From Podarcis erhardii (Eukaryota), in the NCBI GenBank assembly GCA_964252035.1, contig OZ176201.1: 64,000 nucleotides of DNA. One strand, given 5' to 3'. The translations under genes were made by a program, and so were the position numbers. Under the pieces are notes generated by a model, which had not been told where the DNA came from, did no database searches, and was given only the letters and a program-made list of their open reading frames with translations. The stretch's first letter is position 1. The number at the start of each line of letters is the position of its first letter. This document shows positions 1 to 12,240 of this stretch, piece after piece.

Positions 1-119
1 ATCCTCATCACCAGTTCTAGGGCACCCCGACTGCCTCTCCAGATCCTTGGCCTGTGGCGTGTCCGGTTCATCCTCTAAGGCCTCAGTGCCTGGCACCAGG
101 TCAGTACAGGGCATGAATA
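1..119 (-). mobile_element. Probable 5' (U3) end of an LTR, truncated by the window edge
   Basis: GC-rich block that ends abruptly at ~119. The minus strand starts (TA)TTCATGCCCTGTACTGACC and is open for 38 codons (MPCTDLVPGTEALEDEPDTPQAKDLERQSGCPRTGDED), the same acidic-ORF-at-terminus layout as 15172-15925. The other end and any TSD are outside the window. Confidence 0.35.
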
Positions 120-263
120 CCCCAAAATAGTCAGAAGATTGGGAAAACAGGGAACAGTTTAAATAGTATTGCTTACTTTAACTTTAACTTGTCAGTTAAC
201 TTTTCAGTTATAGGAAAAAAATAAAGGACACCTAGTATATTTGCAGTATTTCATGTGAACTGA

Positions 264-385
264 TGTGGCATAGTGCTTTTTATATAAGGCTAGAACTATG
301 AAGACCCAAATCCCAAGCCCCCAGCCCCAGCAATAAAACTCACAGAGTGACATCTCAAGATTGTTGTGAGCGTAAAATATGAGCT
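264..385 (+). mobile_element. Degraded ancient tRNA/CORE (MIR-like) SINE fragment
   Basis: TGTGGCATAGTG A-box-like head and GATTGTTGTGAG core-like motif; heavily decayed. Confidence 0.3.
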
Positions 386-2077
386 ATAAATTATGAGGAA
401 ACTCTGGACGAAAGGCGAAGTAAGGAATGCAGTAAGCTCAAGCAGTTCATAATCAAGTGTATGACGTGGCTTGCACTCCTGAGATAATTCATTCTCACAA
501 TATGTGTAGAATAGTTCACCCAGTGAGCTTATTTACTGGCAGGAAATAGGATGAAGGAATTACTCTCCTTTTTTTAAAAAAAAAAATTATTCATTTTGTG
601 GGCTCATTCTGCTCAGTGTTCCACTCCACTTGGATTTTAGTTGAACTAGGAAAATTAATGCAATTCAGGAGCATGTAGAGCTTTTCCACATCTCACATTA
701 AATTTGTAGCTTCCTGTTAGTAGTAGCAAAATGCAGACTAAGAAATTACTGCAATACGAAGTAATCCTGAGGTGATGGTAAGTAATATTCCTTTTGTGCA
801 ATGTTCTACTGATGTGCATGTCCACTCCTTAATATTGGTAAAGAACATACAAATAGGCTTTTGATTTAGTTGCAGATACGATCAAATCAAGATTACCTAT
901 GGTATTTTATCAGTGCACATGGGCAAATATCAGCAAAACGCTGCACAGGAAAAGAATCTTGGAGCCAATGCAATGCCACTTAGTAACATCATCTGTTACT
1001 AAATTTGATTGGCTACGTGCAAGTGAAAGCAATGATGAATGAGGGCGCTGAAAATTATTCCAACTCAGCGCCTTTCCTTTGGACAAAATACAAATTAGCA
1101 TGTTGGCTCCTTGCAATGCCTGGCAGTTTATTGTGCCACACGTCCAGGAGGAGTAGGCACTCCTAGATACTTGAGGCATCCAGTTGTTTTGATAATTACT
1201 TTATAAATTATATGCATTCTAGGGATCTTTGGAATCTTTATGGAGTATTATTTCTCTCATCTATAGTGGTATATGAAACCATTATCCTGAAAAAAGCAGT
1301 GGGAAATTGCTTTCCACTTGTTTGAGTACCCCCAGGGAAAAACCCCACTGCTTATACCACACAAGGAGATTAATCAAAGGTATCCAGTACCAGCATTGTT
1401 GTTGTTTTTTCTAGAAGAAAAGCACTGAGTATAAGGAAGAGCAAATGGCTATTGTTATCCACTCCTATGGCTTCTGCATTATCTGCCGCTTGCTCCACTT
1501 TTTAGATGAATGCGGTTTCTGTCAGTTTCTAAACACACAATAATATTTGTTTCGCAGCAGGAATTTCTGCCTTCTATGAACTGTTTAGTTGCTTGGATTA
1601 ATTACAGCTTTTCCAATTTAAACAACAATTTAAGATCTTGAAGTCAATGCGGGTTCACTGGTACAGTTTTCCTTAGTTTGCTTTTAAATTAAATTTAATA
1701 TCAGGTTGGGTGGAGAAAGACAAAAATAGAATAAAGCACAATTATTTTTGTGACACTGCTCTTTTTTACTGAGATGAACGGAAGTTGAGGACCAGAACAC
1801 TGAGGTAGGACCAGTATAATTTGATTATAAAGTAGTTTAGATCGGTTTTTAGCTTAAATTATACACTGCCATAGAAGATGGGACCAAGATCTGAGTAAGT
1901 TTCGGTTTCAGACTAAGCCCATTCCTTCCTTCTCTGATGCTGCCATTTCCAGCCCCTCCACTCGCAAAATTACTCTACTGATAGAGCTATACCAACAGAA
2001 TATTCTACTTGTTGGAATCAAGACCCAAGTTTGGGGCAAGTACCATTTGGTTGCGAGAACCTCAGCAGATATTTAAC

Positions 2078-2214
2078 NNNNNNNNNNNNNNNNNNNNNNN
2101 NNNNNNNNNNNNNNNNNNNNNNNNNNNNNNNNNNNNNNNNNNNNNNNNNNNNNNNNNNNNNNNNNNNNNNNNNNNNNNNNNNNNNNNNNNNNNNNNNNNN
2201 NNNNNNNNNNNNNN
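2078..2214. other. Assembly gap (137 N)
   Basis: Run of N. Confidence 1.
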
Positions 2215-2876
2215 GTAAAACCTTTAAAATGTTCCCTCTCCAGTGACTCCCCAAATGTCCAGTTTTAGAAGCTCCTTCCAAGTTTACCCATTTCCCTAGC
2301 ACAGAGGTAGACTGTACATTTGGCAAGTCATAAGGTGGTTTACTTACAAAACCCTTCAAAGGTCAGAGTCATGCTTTTCCATACAGCAATCCAAAAAGTT
2401 GCATAGGCAGTCAAAATGATGCTTAGTTACAGAAGGTAAATGTTTCTAAACTATTGGTAGAGGGAAAAAATGCTACTATTAGACTCTATTCTGGTCTGAA
2501 ACAAAAGAGGCTGGTTAAAGCCATGCTCTGAGCTCCTTACAAACTGAAGTCCACATGGGGAGAGAGAGAGAGAGATAACAAAGGCTAGGCCATTTGCCCC
2601 CTCAATTAGGATCATTACTGGTTTGAGTGGGAAATGAATCAAAATGCAGCCTTTTATAAGAAATGGCAGGATAGTTGCATGATAGATACGGATTGTAGCT
2701 AATGTAACACATGCAGTGCTTCCCAAACCAAAGGTGAGAAGTGAGAGTGCACTGGGTGCAGAGTAAACTGGAGCATGCACACAGGATCAATCTTTCTGTT
2801 CCTCTGGCTAGATTGAAATTGTAAAGCTGTTTCTCAGTCTCCACCCTAGCAAATAGGTGTGACCTACATTCCAATA

Positions 2877-3088
2877 TAGTGGTACCTCTGGTTCCAGACG
2901 GGATCTGTTCCAGAGGCCCAGCCGTATCCCAAAATGTCCCTAACCGGAGGTGCCCTTCTGCACACGCGCGCAGATCGCTTCTGTGCATGTGCGTGTGGCA
3001 AAACCCGGAAGTATACACTTCCGGGTTTGCCGCGTTTGCAACCCGAAGATTACGTATCCAGAGGGATACGTAACCCAAGGTACCAATG
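2877..3088 (+). mobile_element. Tc1/mariner (pogo/Tigger-like) MITE, family A
   Basis: TA-TAGTGGTACCTC ... AGGTACCAATG termini; internal perfect hairpin AAACCCGGAAGT-ATAC-ACTTCCGGGTTT (3001-3028); right TA decayed. Confidence 0.85.
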
Positions 3089-4301
3089 TGTCTAGGAACA
3101 CCAACTGATCTTGATTGCCCACTAATTAGCATTAATTAGCTCTTATTACAAGGCAGCAGTGACAGAAATCCTTCGGTTGTTCTTTGGGAAATCTGTGCTG
3201 TTGATTTCAAGTGGGGAAAGAATGCTTTGTTACCAAAGTGAAACAACATTAATAGATAAAACCAGAGTGTTTTAAAACACTATCATGCCACGCATGCAGT
3301 ACACACATACAGAATCAGAAATAGTGCTCAGAAGCCATGAATGTGAGATGCTTAAGGGGACCTGGACCCATGCCTGTCATGAAGCCTAGGGCCTGACAGT
3401 AGTGAGTGATTTCTGCCTGCACCACAGGAGCTGACAAAGGGCACTCAAGCAGGCTACAAATTGGGGGGTGCAGTGGTGTATGGCTGGATGTGTCCACATT
3501 GCAGTGAGTTCATTGGCTCCATTTGTGGTTAGCATGTGGCAGTTGCAGTCCCAGATTGCATTTTCTGCTTCTACTTTGCTCCTGCTCAGAGCACTGCTAA
3601 AATGGCACATGTATGTAATGTTTTGTTCCCTTGTTCATACTATTGTGTTATGGCCATTAATATGGATGGAACAAGGATTGTTTTCGTTTGTAATCTTCCT
3701 ATGCCTATATCCTAAATATCTGATCCCCCTCATTATTTGGCCCCTAAACACCCAATGCACACTTGCTACATGCACTTAAATCTCATGGATGTTAAGCACA
3801 CATAGTTTGTTGACTGCTACAAAAAGGGGGGGGGGAAAGCTCTTTGGTTGTTTTACAATAACATTTGAGCTGAGTCAGATTTTCCATGATTCTTATTCTG
3901 CAACATCAGTAAAAGGCAGCCTTATCTGTCCTTTCTAAGCTTGTTTCATCCTAGTGACAATGTACTGTAGACGTCCTTGGAAATATCTACAGACTTACAA
4001 GGGTGATTTTTTCTTTTGATAAGGGAAGTGCAGAACAGCTTGTTGAGCATGAAAACATCAACAGCTGACTTCTATCACATCAGACTATTTGTATATTTAG
4101 CCCTATATTGTCTGCTTTGACTGGCAGTGGCTCTCCAAAATCTCTTCATTTTAATTAGACGTGTGTTATTGCTAGTGTGTACTGTTTGTAGGCAATTGGC
4201 AGCCCAGTATTTTTTGAATGATGCAAGAAAGAAGAGTTGTAGTGTTAAAGTTATATTAGTGACTGTTCCAGGTTAGGGTTGCAGGTTAAATGACCATAAT
4301 A

Positions 4302-4521
4302 TAGTCGTACCTCCGCTTACGTATCCCTCCATTTATGTAAACTTTGGGATACGTAAGTGGCAAACCAGGAAGTATATCTCTGGGTTTTTGCCCCGCGCGC
4401 ATGCGCAGAAGCGCTCTTCTGCCACGCGTGTGTGCGCAGAAGCAGTCTCTCTGGTTGCTAAAACCTCAGGATCCGGCTGGACCTCCGGAACGGATCCCGT
4501 CCGCAACTGGAGGTACCCCTG
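4302..4521 (-). mobile_element. Tc1/mariner MITE, family A, inverted relative to the 2877 copy
   Basis: TA TSD at 4300-4301 and 4522-4523; TIRs TAGTCGTACCTCC / GGAGGTACCCCTG; reverse complement aligns by eye along the 2877-3088 copy. Confidence 0.88.
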
Positions 4522-7500
4522 TATAAGGCCAAGCTGTGAAGGCATTCAGCAATATGTAGCAATGGAGCTTGGAGATTGCAAAGTGATCCTTCGAATGTTA
4601 CAAACATATTACCATTTTCATCTGTGAAAGGTTCTAAATATGTGCCTATATAGAGGCTGTCATGAATTTGGACCACTTTACTTAAGGAAACTCTTTGTTG
4701 GAGTTTGGTAAATATATTGCCGTGGGAGGCAAAAATAGTCTGGTAAGACTGCTGGGTTACAGGATAAAGACTAGGGCCATAAAATTTCCCCAATGTGCAA
4801 TTATATATTTTCAAAATCTATTTTTTTATAAAAGCAAAATCCAGTTCAACAGCATATCGATATTTGAAGCAAGCAAAAATTGGTCTGATCTTTCTTGTTT
4901 ATATCAATATTGTCTAAATATTGAGAGTTCAACATTAGGATAGAGTTGCTGGACCTACTTAATTTTCTTCTTTGCATTCTAAAATGCATCATCATCTAAG
5001 TGAAGCTTGCTGCAAACTGTGACAGAGCAATTTGAGGCAAAAGAAGAAATAATGATAAGAAATCATTATTTGCTGTACTCTAATAGAGCTTTAGAGGCCT
5101 CCGTTGAGATTGGAGGTCATTTAGTTGACACTGTGGAAATACATAATGACAGACTCCTTTTGTCAAAGAATTTCTTCTAAATTGGACACAGGAAGAAGGA
5201 GAGAAGCAGAAAACCCAATTTTGTTGATATGGACCAGGATAATGATGACAGTGATACCTCACTTCTTCATGTATTTATTCACATATTTGGAATCACAAAT
5301 AGTTTGCTCTTTCTTTGGATCCCAGCCCACACATGCAGGCATCAACATGCTAACATTCCAAATCCAAACAGAAACTTAATTAGGCAAGTGAAATGTAAAT
5401 TGAGGGAGGATAATTCATATTTCCACTTTTAAAATGTCTTCTAGAATGTCACTACTCCAAGTCTTTGGGAGCTTCTGATTCCTTGTTTCAGATTCCCGGC
5501 CTTTTATGAAGCAATTGCGCTAATCACTGAGTAAGAGTCTGAGGGCAGTGTTTGTTTCAGTTACAGCAAACTGCTAGGCTCCTTGGCAGACTTCCTGGCC
5601 TTTTCATAAAAGAGATTTCAGGATCGAATGAAAGTTGCATATCTTGTTCCATGGGATTATAGAGCTGCATTATCAGTGGATAATGGTAGTCATGCTCTGC
5701 GCTTTCTGCATTTTATGACCTGCCTTCCAGAAACACAAGATATGCTATTTCCCAGGGGGTTGTGCCATTAAGTGAATCCCCTAGCCAATGGATAAACATT
5801 AATAAGAGGTATGTGGTCCCACGAGTAGACTATCTGCTGCTTTTTTGTTGGTTAATATTTAATTGAAGGTCAAATAAAATATTAAACAGGCAAATTATTT
5901 CGTTGGATGTGAGAAAACAGTATCATTGGCTGACATTGGCTGACAAAAATGACTCAGTGATATTTACAAGAGCTGGAACAAATATTCATACACGGTGATG
6001 GAAGTGTGAACCGAACGCACACTGTACACATCACTATCCTGTTGAAAAACATCCTGTGAGGAATGTAGATGCAGCTCTAATTCTCTGTATGAAAATTCAA
6101 TATTAATGGTATTAAGGAAAAGCAACTGGTGTATTTACATAAAGCACTCATTACCCAACTTTCAACTAACAGTTACTTCAAAGAATGTAGTGGTATATCA
6201 CTTTTGCACAGACGCTTTTCTAGGGATGTGTAAATCCTATCATATAAGGATATTTTCCTATGTAAGCTGAAGGGATATGCTGTGAAGGAAGAATCTAAGG
6301 CTGCAGCTCTATTTCTGTGGTAATATGAAATATGTGATTGTACCAGATGAAATATTTGTCTGGAAAATGCAACACATCAATCAAATCGAGTGAATATTCA
6401 AAAATATACGTGTGTTTTTAGTGTTATATGTCAAATTCTCGTGAGATATTAATCTTTTTTAGGCTCAGAGGCTTCCTGTGATCCCATCCAGTCTGACATA
6501 AGTTTTCTTGCTAACAGACCTGTCTACAAGTATAAATATTGAGGATCAAATTAAATATCATCCAGGGGATCTGGGATCAGGATCACTGTTGCTGTTTCAT
6601 TAAAACGATAGTATCACATGGGGCTGCAAATTTGGTCAGAGAAGCTGCATTTGTGGAGGATATGTCAAACCCTTGCCCCTCTGTGCCATTCCCCCAGTTT
6701 TCCTGTTGTACTTATAGCAGAGGTCACCAATGTTGTGTCTGTGGGCAATAGGGCACCACTGAGGTCTTCCATTCATGCCAGCAAAGCCTCTGAGCTCCTT
6801 TCCTCACTGCCCCTTGGTAATGAGGTGGTAATGAGGTTACATATAGCTGAAGGAAGACTCGTGCTCTTGCCCATGTCTTCCAAGGCTCAGGTGAAGTCTA
6901 CTGGATCTGACATTCCCCCTTAACCCTTAGAAAAGTGAGGTGTGTATGTGTGCGCAAGTGTACATGCTTCCCCCCCCCTTTATGTCTCCTGATATGTGTG
7001 GGGGTTGGTCCAGGAAAGGGGCAAAGAAGTAGCAAGAGGGGGTGGTATCCACTATACTCATGAAAAATTCAAATGTCACCTAAAATGGTTGGCAATCCCT
7101 GACATTTTCCCATTGTGGCAAATAGCAGCTTTGGTGGTGAGGGGTGCTTTGGAGTGGGGAACTGGCAAAAAAGAGGACAGCTCCCCATCCCATCAATAAG
7201 ACTTCCCCAATCAAATTAGCTGCATTGAAGTGTGTTTGTTTTTTTAATGCTGGAGGCTCTTTCCTACTTTATGTCCAGTTGAGTCCTTAGGTGCTTCCCC
7301 ATCTGTTTTGATTACTTTTTTATGTTAGAGTGGGAAGTGGGAAGTGAAATATATTAATTACAAAAACTATGAGATAATGCAACCAGAGGAGGAAAACACT
7401 TTTGCAATGACATCTGGGTCTGGATTAAATGAAATAACTGATAAAGTGATATATTTAATGAAGTGATGAGCAATCTGTGTTCCCACGCAGTCTGACAGAC

Positions 7501-8288
7501 TTTCTGTTGAGCCAGTGAAACGCCCACAGACATCCATTGCTCCGGACCAGGAAAGTAATAACAACTGCAGAAATTCTCCTGTGTGTTTCACACATCCTTG
7601 GATTCCTTCTATAAGAGGAATGCATGCATGTGACTTCTAAAAGGTGTCATATTAGGGTTTGAAAATGTCTTTTTGCAGCTGTGCAGAACAGCAAAAAATC
7701 TTTTCAAAGGTTTGAGTTTATCGAACTATGGACAGGCACTAACCCACTTAAAGAAAACAAAACCCTTTAATCTTAGCTGAATTCTCTGTGGTGAAGTATA
7801 AGAGCTAGCTTCAGCATTTTGTCCAGAGCTCATTAGTATATGTGTCTGAAAAAGAGAATTTTAAAATATGTTAAATAACTGCTTTTTCTCACAGATAATC
7901 TCTGTGTATCTGGCTATTGCACATTAAAGTCCCTTGAAGGTAGGTGTGTTTGCCTGTTTGGAGTTCTGCAAAGGAATATTCAGCTCTCACTAAGTAAGGG
8001 TATCAAATGTGCTGGTGAGTCAGATAACAGGTGGTGCTGAAGGAGAGCAACTTTCCCCATTTGTATGACACAGAGGACTTGCTGTTTAGTCTAAGCACTC
8101 AAGTGTTTTTTTTATCTTCCTCATGTTTGTGTTTATCTTCGAAGCTGCAAAGCTCAATTTATTTAAATGTATTCCAGATTGGAAATGAAAATGCCCTGTT
8201 TTCAATTTCACTTTCCTTGAACTGAAAAAGAGTTTCTATAATGGATGAAAGCATAAGTAATAGTTCTCAATTAATTTTTATTACTTCA

Positions 8289-8291
<3 letters not shown>

Positions 8292-8327
<36 letters not shown>
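8292..8327. repeat. (GT)18 microsatellite
   Basis: Direct reading. Confidence 0.97.
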
Positions 8328-8328
<1 letters not shown>

Positions 8329-8687
8329 CTTGTCAGATGAAAGTTTGACAGAGCAGTGTGAACAAGAGCCCCTACCAGAGGCTGTTGGGCTAATGGCATA
8401 CTTATTAATATTCATGAGGCATCTCATTTAGCTTGTGCGCTCGGGATTTGATTAAAGTAAGGACTGCCGCTATTGCTGCTGGAGCTGGAAAGAGCCTTGT
8501 GGGTGACACGGCTAGTTCTGTGGAGCCAGCTAATACTGTAATTTTGTGAAATCTTCACAGGGCTGTTGTAAAGCCTTCTGTGTGGCGGGCTTCTGTTTTA
8601 AAGCCCCATTTCATGGTTTGGTGATGGAATAAATTTCAGTGCCTCTTGCTCCATTTTCTAACGTGTGCTCTGTATTTATTTCTTAAG

Positions 8688-8951
8688 GTCTGAAGGAAGA
8701 GATGACCATGTAGATGCCAACAGCCTGGGTGCAGCATAATGGGAAACGGTGAATGGGGTGGAACTGGTCTGCAACCTTGAAAGCAGCCATTCTGTGGACA
8801 GAGACACATCAGTCATTCCTCGCTTTCTCAACTGTTACTACTGGCGGCATAAAGTGGATTCGTTCTACTGTTTAGGCCAGAACTTGAGTTTCCACCCTTG
8901 CAAATTTTTGAGCTGCATACAGTGCAGTGTGGAGCAATACCATCAGCAACA
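8688..8951 (+). other. ATP2B2: ATP2B2 5' UTR portion of the start-codon exon
   Basis: Branch point TTCTAAC (A at 8661), pyrimidine-rich tract and acceptor TTCTTAAG|G at 8687/8688; contiguous with the ATG at 8952. Upstream non-coding exon(s) not identified. Confidence 0.75.
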
Positions 8952-9150
8952 ATGGGTGACATGACAAATAGCGATTTTTATTCAAAGAACCAAAGAAATG
9001 AGGCCAATCATGCAGGAGAATTTGGGTGCACGCTTCTGGATCTGCGCTCCCTCATGGAACTTCGAGGAACAGAAGCAGTAGTAAAAATTAAAGAGACATA
9101 TGGGGACACGGAGGGCCTCTGCAGACACTTGAAAACATCGCCAACAGAAG
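8952..9150 (+). CDS. ATP2B2: PMCA2 first coding exon (199 nt)
   Basis: [66 protein letters not shown](G) is the ATP2B2-type N-terminus; strong Kozak (A at -3, G at +4); donor AAG|GTAGGC at 9150/9151, phase 1. Confidence 0.97.
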
Positions 9151-11810
9151 GTAGGCAATGATATAGTTTTCTTTTCCCACTAGAGCCAGAGGTTCAGGGC
9201 TTTTTGTGTGTGCATTGCTGTAATCCTTCTTTCGCAAAGCAGGTTTCTGTCATACATTTTATTTTACATGCTTCAGAGAGGAGCAGATTGAGACAAATAT
9301 AGCCACTGTTAAAGCTTGTGTTGTGCAAGAGTCCAAAAATAGTGCTGCTCTTATAAAGTTGTTAAATATGCTAACTTGATTTTTAAAGCAGAATTATTTT
9401 TAGAGAAATGCATGAGAAAAATCCTTGAAGAATTCCATTAAATTCTCTGCTAGGTCATACATGCAATCCTGCTCAGTGTATCCATGTGAACGACATTATT
9501 TTTCATATTATTCTTGCTATTCTGCAGTATTTATACCTTCTGTTCATGTATGCCATCTCTGTTTATGTATCTGCATTTGTTTTGGATGCTTGAAACATTG
9601 ACCTGTATAGTCTGTGCCACAGTCTGACAGACAGTCACATAACCCCCACCCCCCACCCCATCCCGTAATCACCTTTGGACACTTTATTCATTGTGCCCCA
9701 TTTTAGTGCATTACACAAAACATCCTTTTTCTGTGTAGGGAAAGTTGCTTATAGTAATGTAAAAGACAGTTTGATTAACAAATCAGGAAAGCAGAAGAAC
9801 CAAGATTTATCCCTATTTAGATTCTGATCCTAATTTTGTTTGTTTAATAGTCCATGTCTCTGTCGCTGTCGTTGTATTATGTGATGTTAGGTTAGTGGAA
9901 CTGTTGGCAATGGCCATTTATCCTATCAAGAGTTGGGGCTGGGAACTTGCAGCCCTAATTTTAGGTAAATTTTATTCAGCATAGGTATATGTGAGGTTAC
10001 ACTTTTGGGGCAGACCAAGAAACAAGGCCAGAAGTACATGAATCAAAACATTTTGCTTTATAGGCTTGCTAGCTTGTAGTTCATTCCCAAGTAATGATAA
10101 GAACAATGTGCTATTTGAAATAAACATGGGAGTCTTTATTAAAATAGAAACCAGGCCACATATTTAAATACTTTTTCTTATACTTTGAAGTAACTATCAT
10201 TCTCCTTATTTCCATATTAGAGGAAGTATGGGTTAGAGAAAATGTTGGTTGTACTGTAGGAAACCGTGGTCTGTTTTAAAACACCTTGCTAGACAAAACT
10301 TTTTAGCTATTAAATTGTCATGAATTAATACGCTTTCAAATGAGGTCCTTGTTTTAACTTCAGAACAATATAAATATACTAAGCATGGGGGGAAATATAC
10401 TTTCTATACAAGATACGTTTCTTTGGACATTTTGTTTAAGCTGTTGAAAATATGTAGTACTATATCATGAAATGTACAGTATCTGGCACGTAGATTTAGT
10501 GTGCATTGGGCATGGTTTTGTATGCTCTGTGAGAACAATTAAATATAGCAATATATTTGAGACATTTAAGACCAAACTCTTGGGATGTGTACAGTACAAT
10601 CTATAGTTCAATTTTTCAGTTGCATAACCTTGTTGCGAACACAGTACATAGTTTAGCTTCAGAAGGATTCTATATTGCATTATTTACGGAAGAGGCAACG
10701 ATGAAGAAATCTAATCCTGCTTAGCAGAACAGGCTATTCAATTCCATTTAGTCTGCAATACAAAGTAGTTCAAAAGTAATCTGTATTTAAGGTACGAGTA
10801 CCAAATTCCATGTGTGTTGTGAATGATGGAAAGGAGTGAAGACTGGCAATTCCACAAGGGATTCAGAATTTAGCCTCAGAGGCTGATGCCTTCTACAGTA
10901 TCTTGTCAATTAGCCTATGTACTAGGAAAGAGCATATCAAAGGCTGAAGTATACATAATACTGAAATATATGTTTGGCAGGATTTCTAATAGGCTGGAAT
11001 AGTGCAGCTTAGACGACAAATACTATATAGAATGAAGGTTAATAATTGTGCACTATTTTTTATAGTATTAAGGTACAGAAGTAGACACAGTGTAGCTTCA
11101 CATAATGAAGAATGAAAATATGACAAGCAATAAGATTAAAAATCTGATTGCATGAAAACAGCTATATTTTTGCTTCTGTAGTTCAGGTGGCTTGGGCAGT
11201 AAATGTTGATGTGAGCTCCAGAACTGCAGGGGTTGAAACACAAGTAAATAGTAGTTGCCAGCTGACTGTTGAAGCAAGAGTAAAAGCAAGATCCAACAGG
11301 GAAAGGTCCTCAGCTTTAAAGCAATGTGTTTTAAATGTGAATGGGATGGGGAAAGATTCGGGTGAAAGAATCAACAGAAGTTTGGATTACATTATCTGTG
11401 ATTTCTTCCTACTCTATTATTTGGAATTTTTCACTGAGTTAATCTACCGTGGGGCATAGAATCTCTCAACTGTTTATGCGATCCCTAGACTTGGCATGTG
11501 ATCTGTTGACTTGGCTTGTGACATGTTTTGTGGAAACTGTTGAGATACATAAGGTGCCCGCTATCTGTACTTTCGGGAAACAATTGAATACATTCTTGTT
11601 TCACCTGGTTTTTCCTGCTGGTTTCTGCCTTAGGTGCTCATTTTGCACTGTTTTAAAACATACCTTCAGCTTTTTTTGTTTTATTTTTTAAAAAACCTTA
11701 TTTTTAGCTGTAATATTTACATAATGCCCATCACTTTTATTCTCTAAACAACAAATATAAACATAATAGAATTCTCTTACTTGGTATATTTTTGTTTTAG
11801 TGATATTCTG

Positions 11811-11944
11811 TTACAATATGTGGCTTGATAATGCTATTAGGAAGACACAGTGGTACCTGTTCCCACATCTAAAGGTCAGGTTTTCTTTCAAGAAAAAAAT
11901 GTGCTGGTTTCAGTGGTAAAAGCATTGAAGTCACAAGAAGTGGC
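11811..11944 (+). repeat. 134-bp direct repeat, copy 1 (copy 2 = 12181-12240 + 13463-13535, split by CR1)
   Basis: By-eye alignment, about 12 differences (~90% identity). Confidence 0.92.
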
Positions 11945-11989
11945 AAGAACTGTCATCCATGGGGTTGACCTCCGCTGGAATGAGACTCT

Positions 11990-12189
11990 CCATAGCTTAA
12001 GGGTACTCCTTGGTCCAACATTGACAATGGAGGCTTAGGTGGCCTTGGTGGCTAGTAGTGCCTATGCCCAGGTACAACCTATTTTCAACAGAGATGACTT
12101 TGCTACTGTACTCCATAGTTGGTAACTTCCAGATTGGATTGTTGCAAAGTGCTCTGCATGGGAGTTCACTAGAATCCAAATTGCAGTAT
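11990..12189 (+). mobile_element. L2 LINE RT fragment (degraded)
   Basis: Translates to GVLLGPTLTMEA*VALVASSAYAQ ... DDFATVLH ... VTSRLDCCKVLCMG, matching the L2 LGVLLD..LS.E.QV...VTSRLDYCN region. Confidence 0.75.
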
Positions 12190-12240
12190 GTGGCTTGATA
12201 ATGCTGTTAGGAAGACCCAGTTGTAGTTGTTCCCACATCT

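Noticed and set aside
722-783. Candidate non-coding exons inferred from strong GTAAGT donors (778, 26504)
   Set aside because: Splice motifs alone are too frequent; no supporting acceptor or conservation evidence.
5004-5432. 143-codon frame with a single internal stop (possible fossil gene or viral remnant)
   Set aside because: No recognisable motif, splice structure or repeat hallmarks; compatible with chance across six frames.
8898-8951. Predicted N-terminal extension [18 protein letters not shown] of PMCA2 from the ORF track
   Set aside because: Starts at TTG; the recognised start is the strong-Kozak ATG at 8952. Kept only as a note under the uORF finding.
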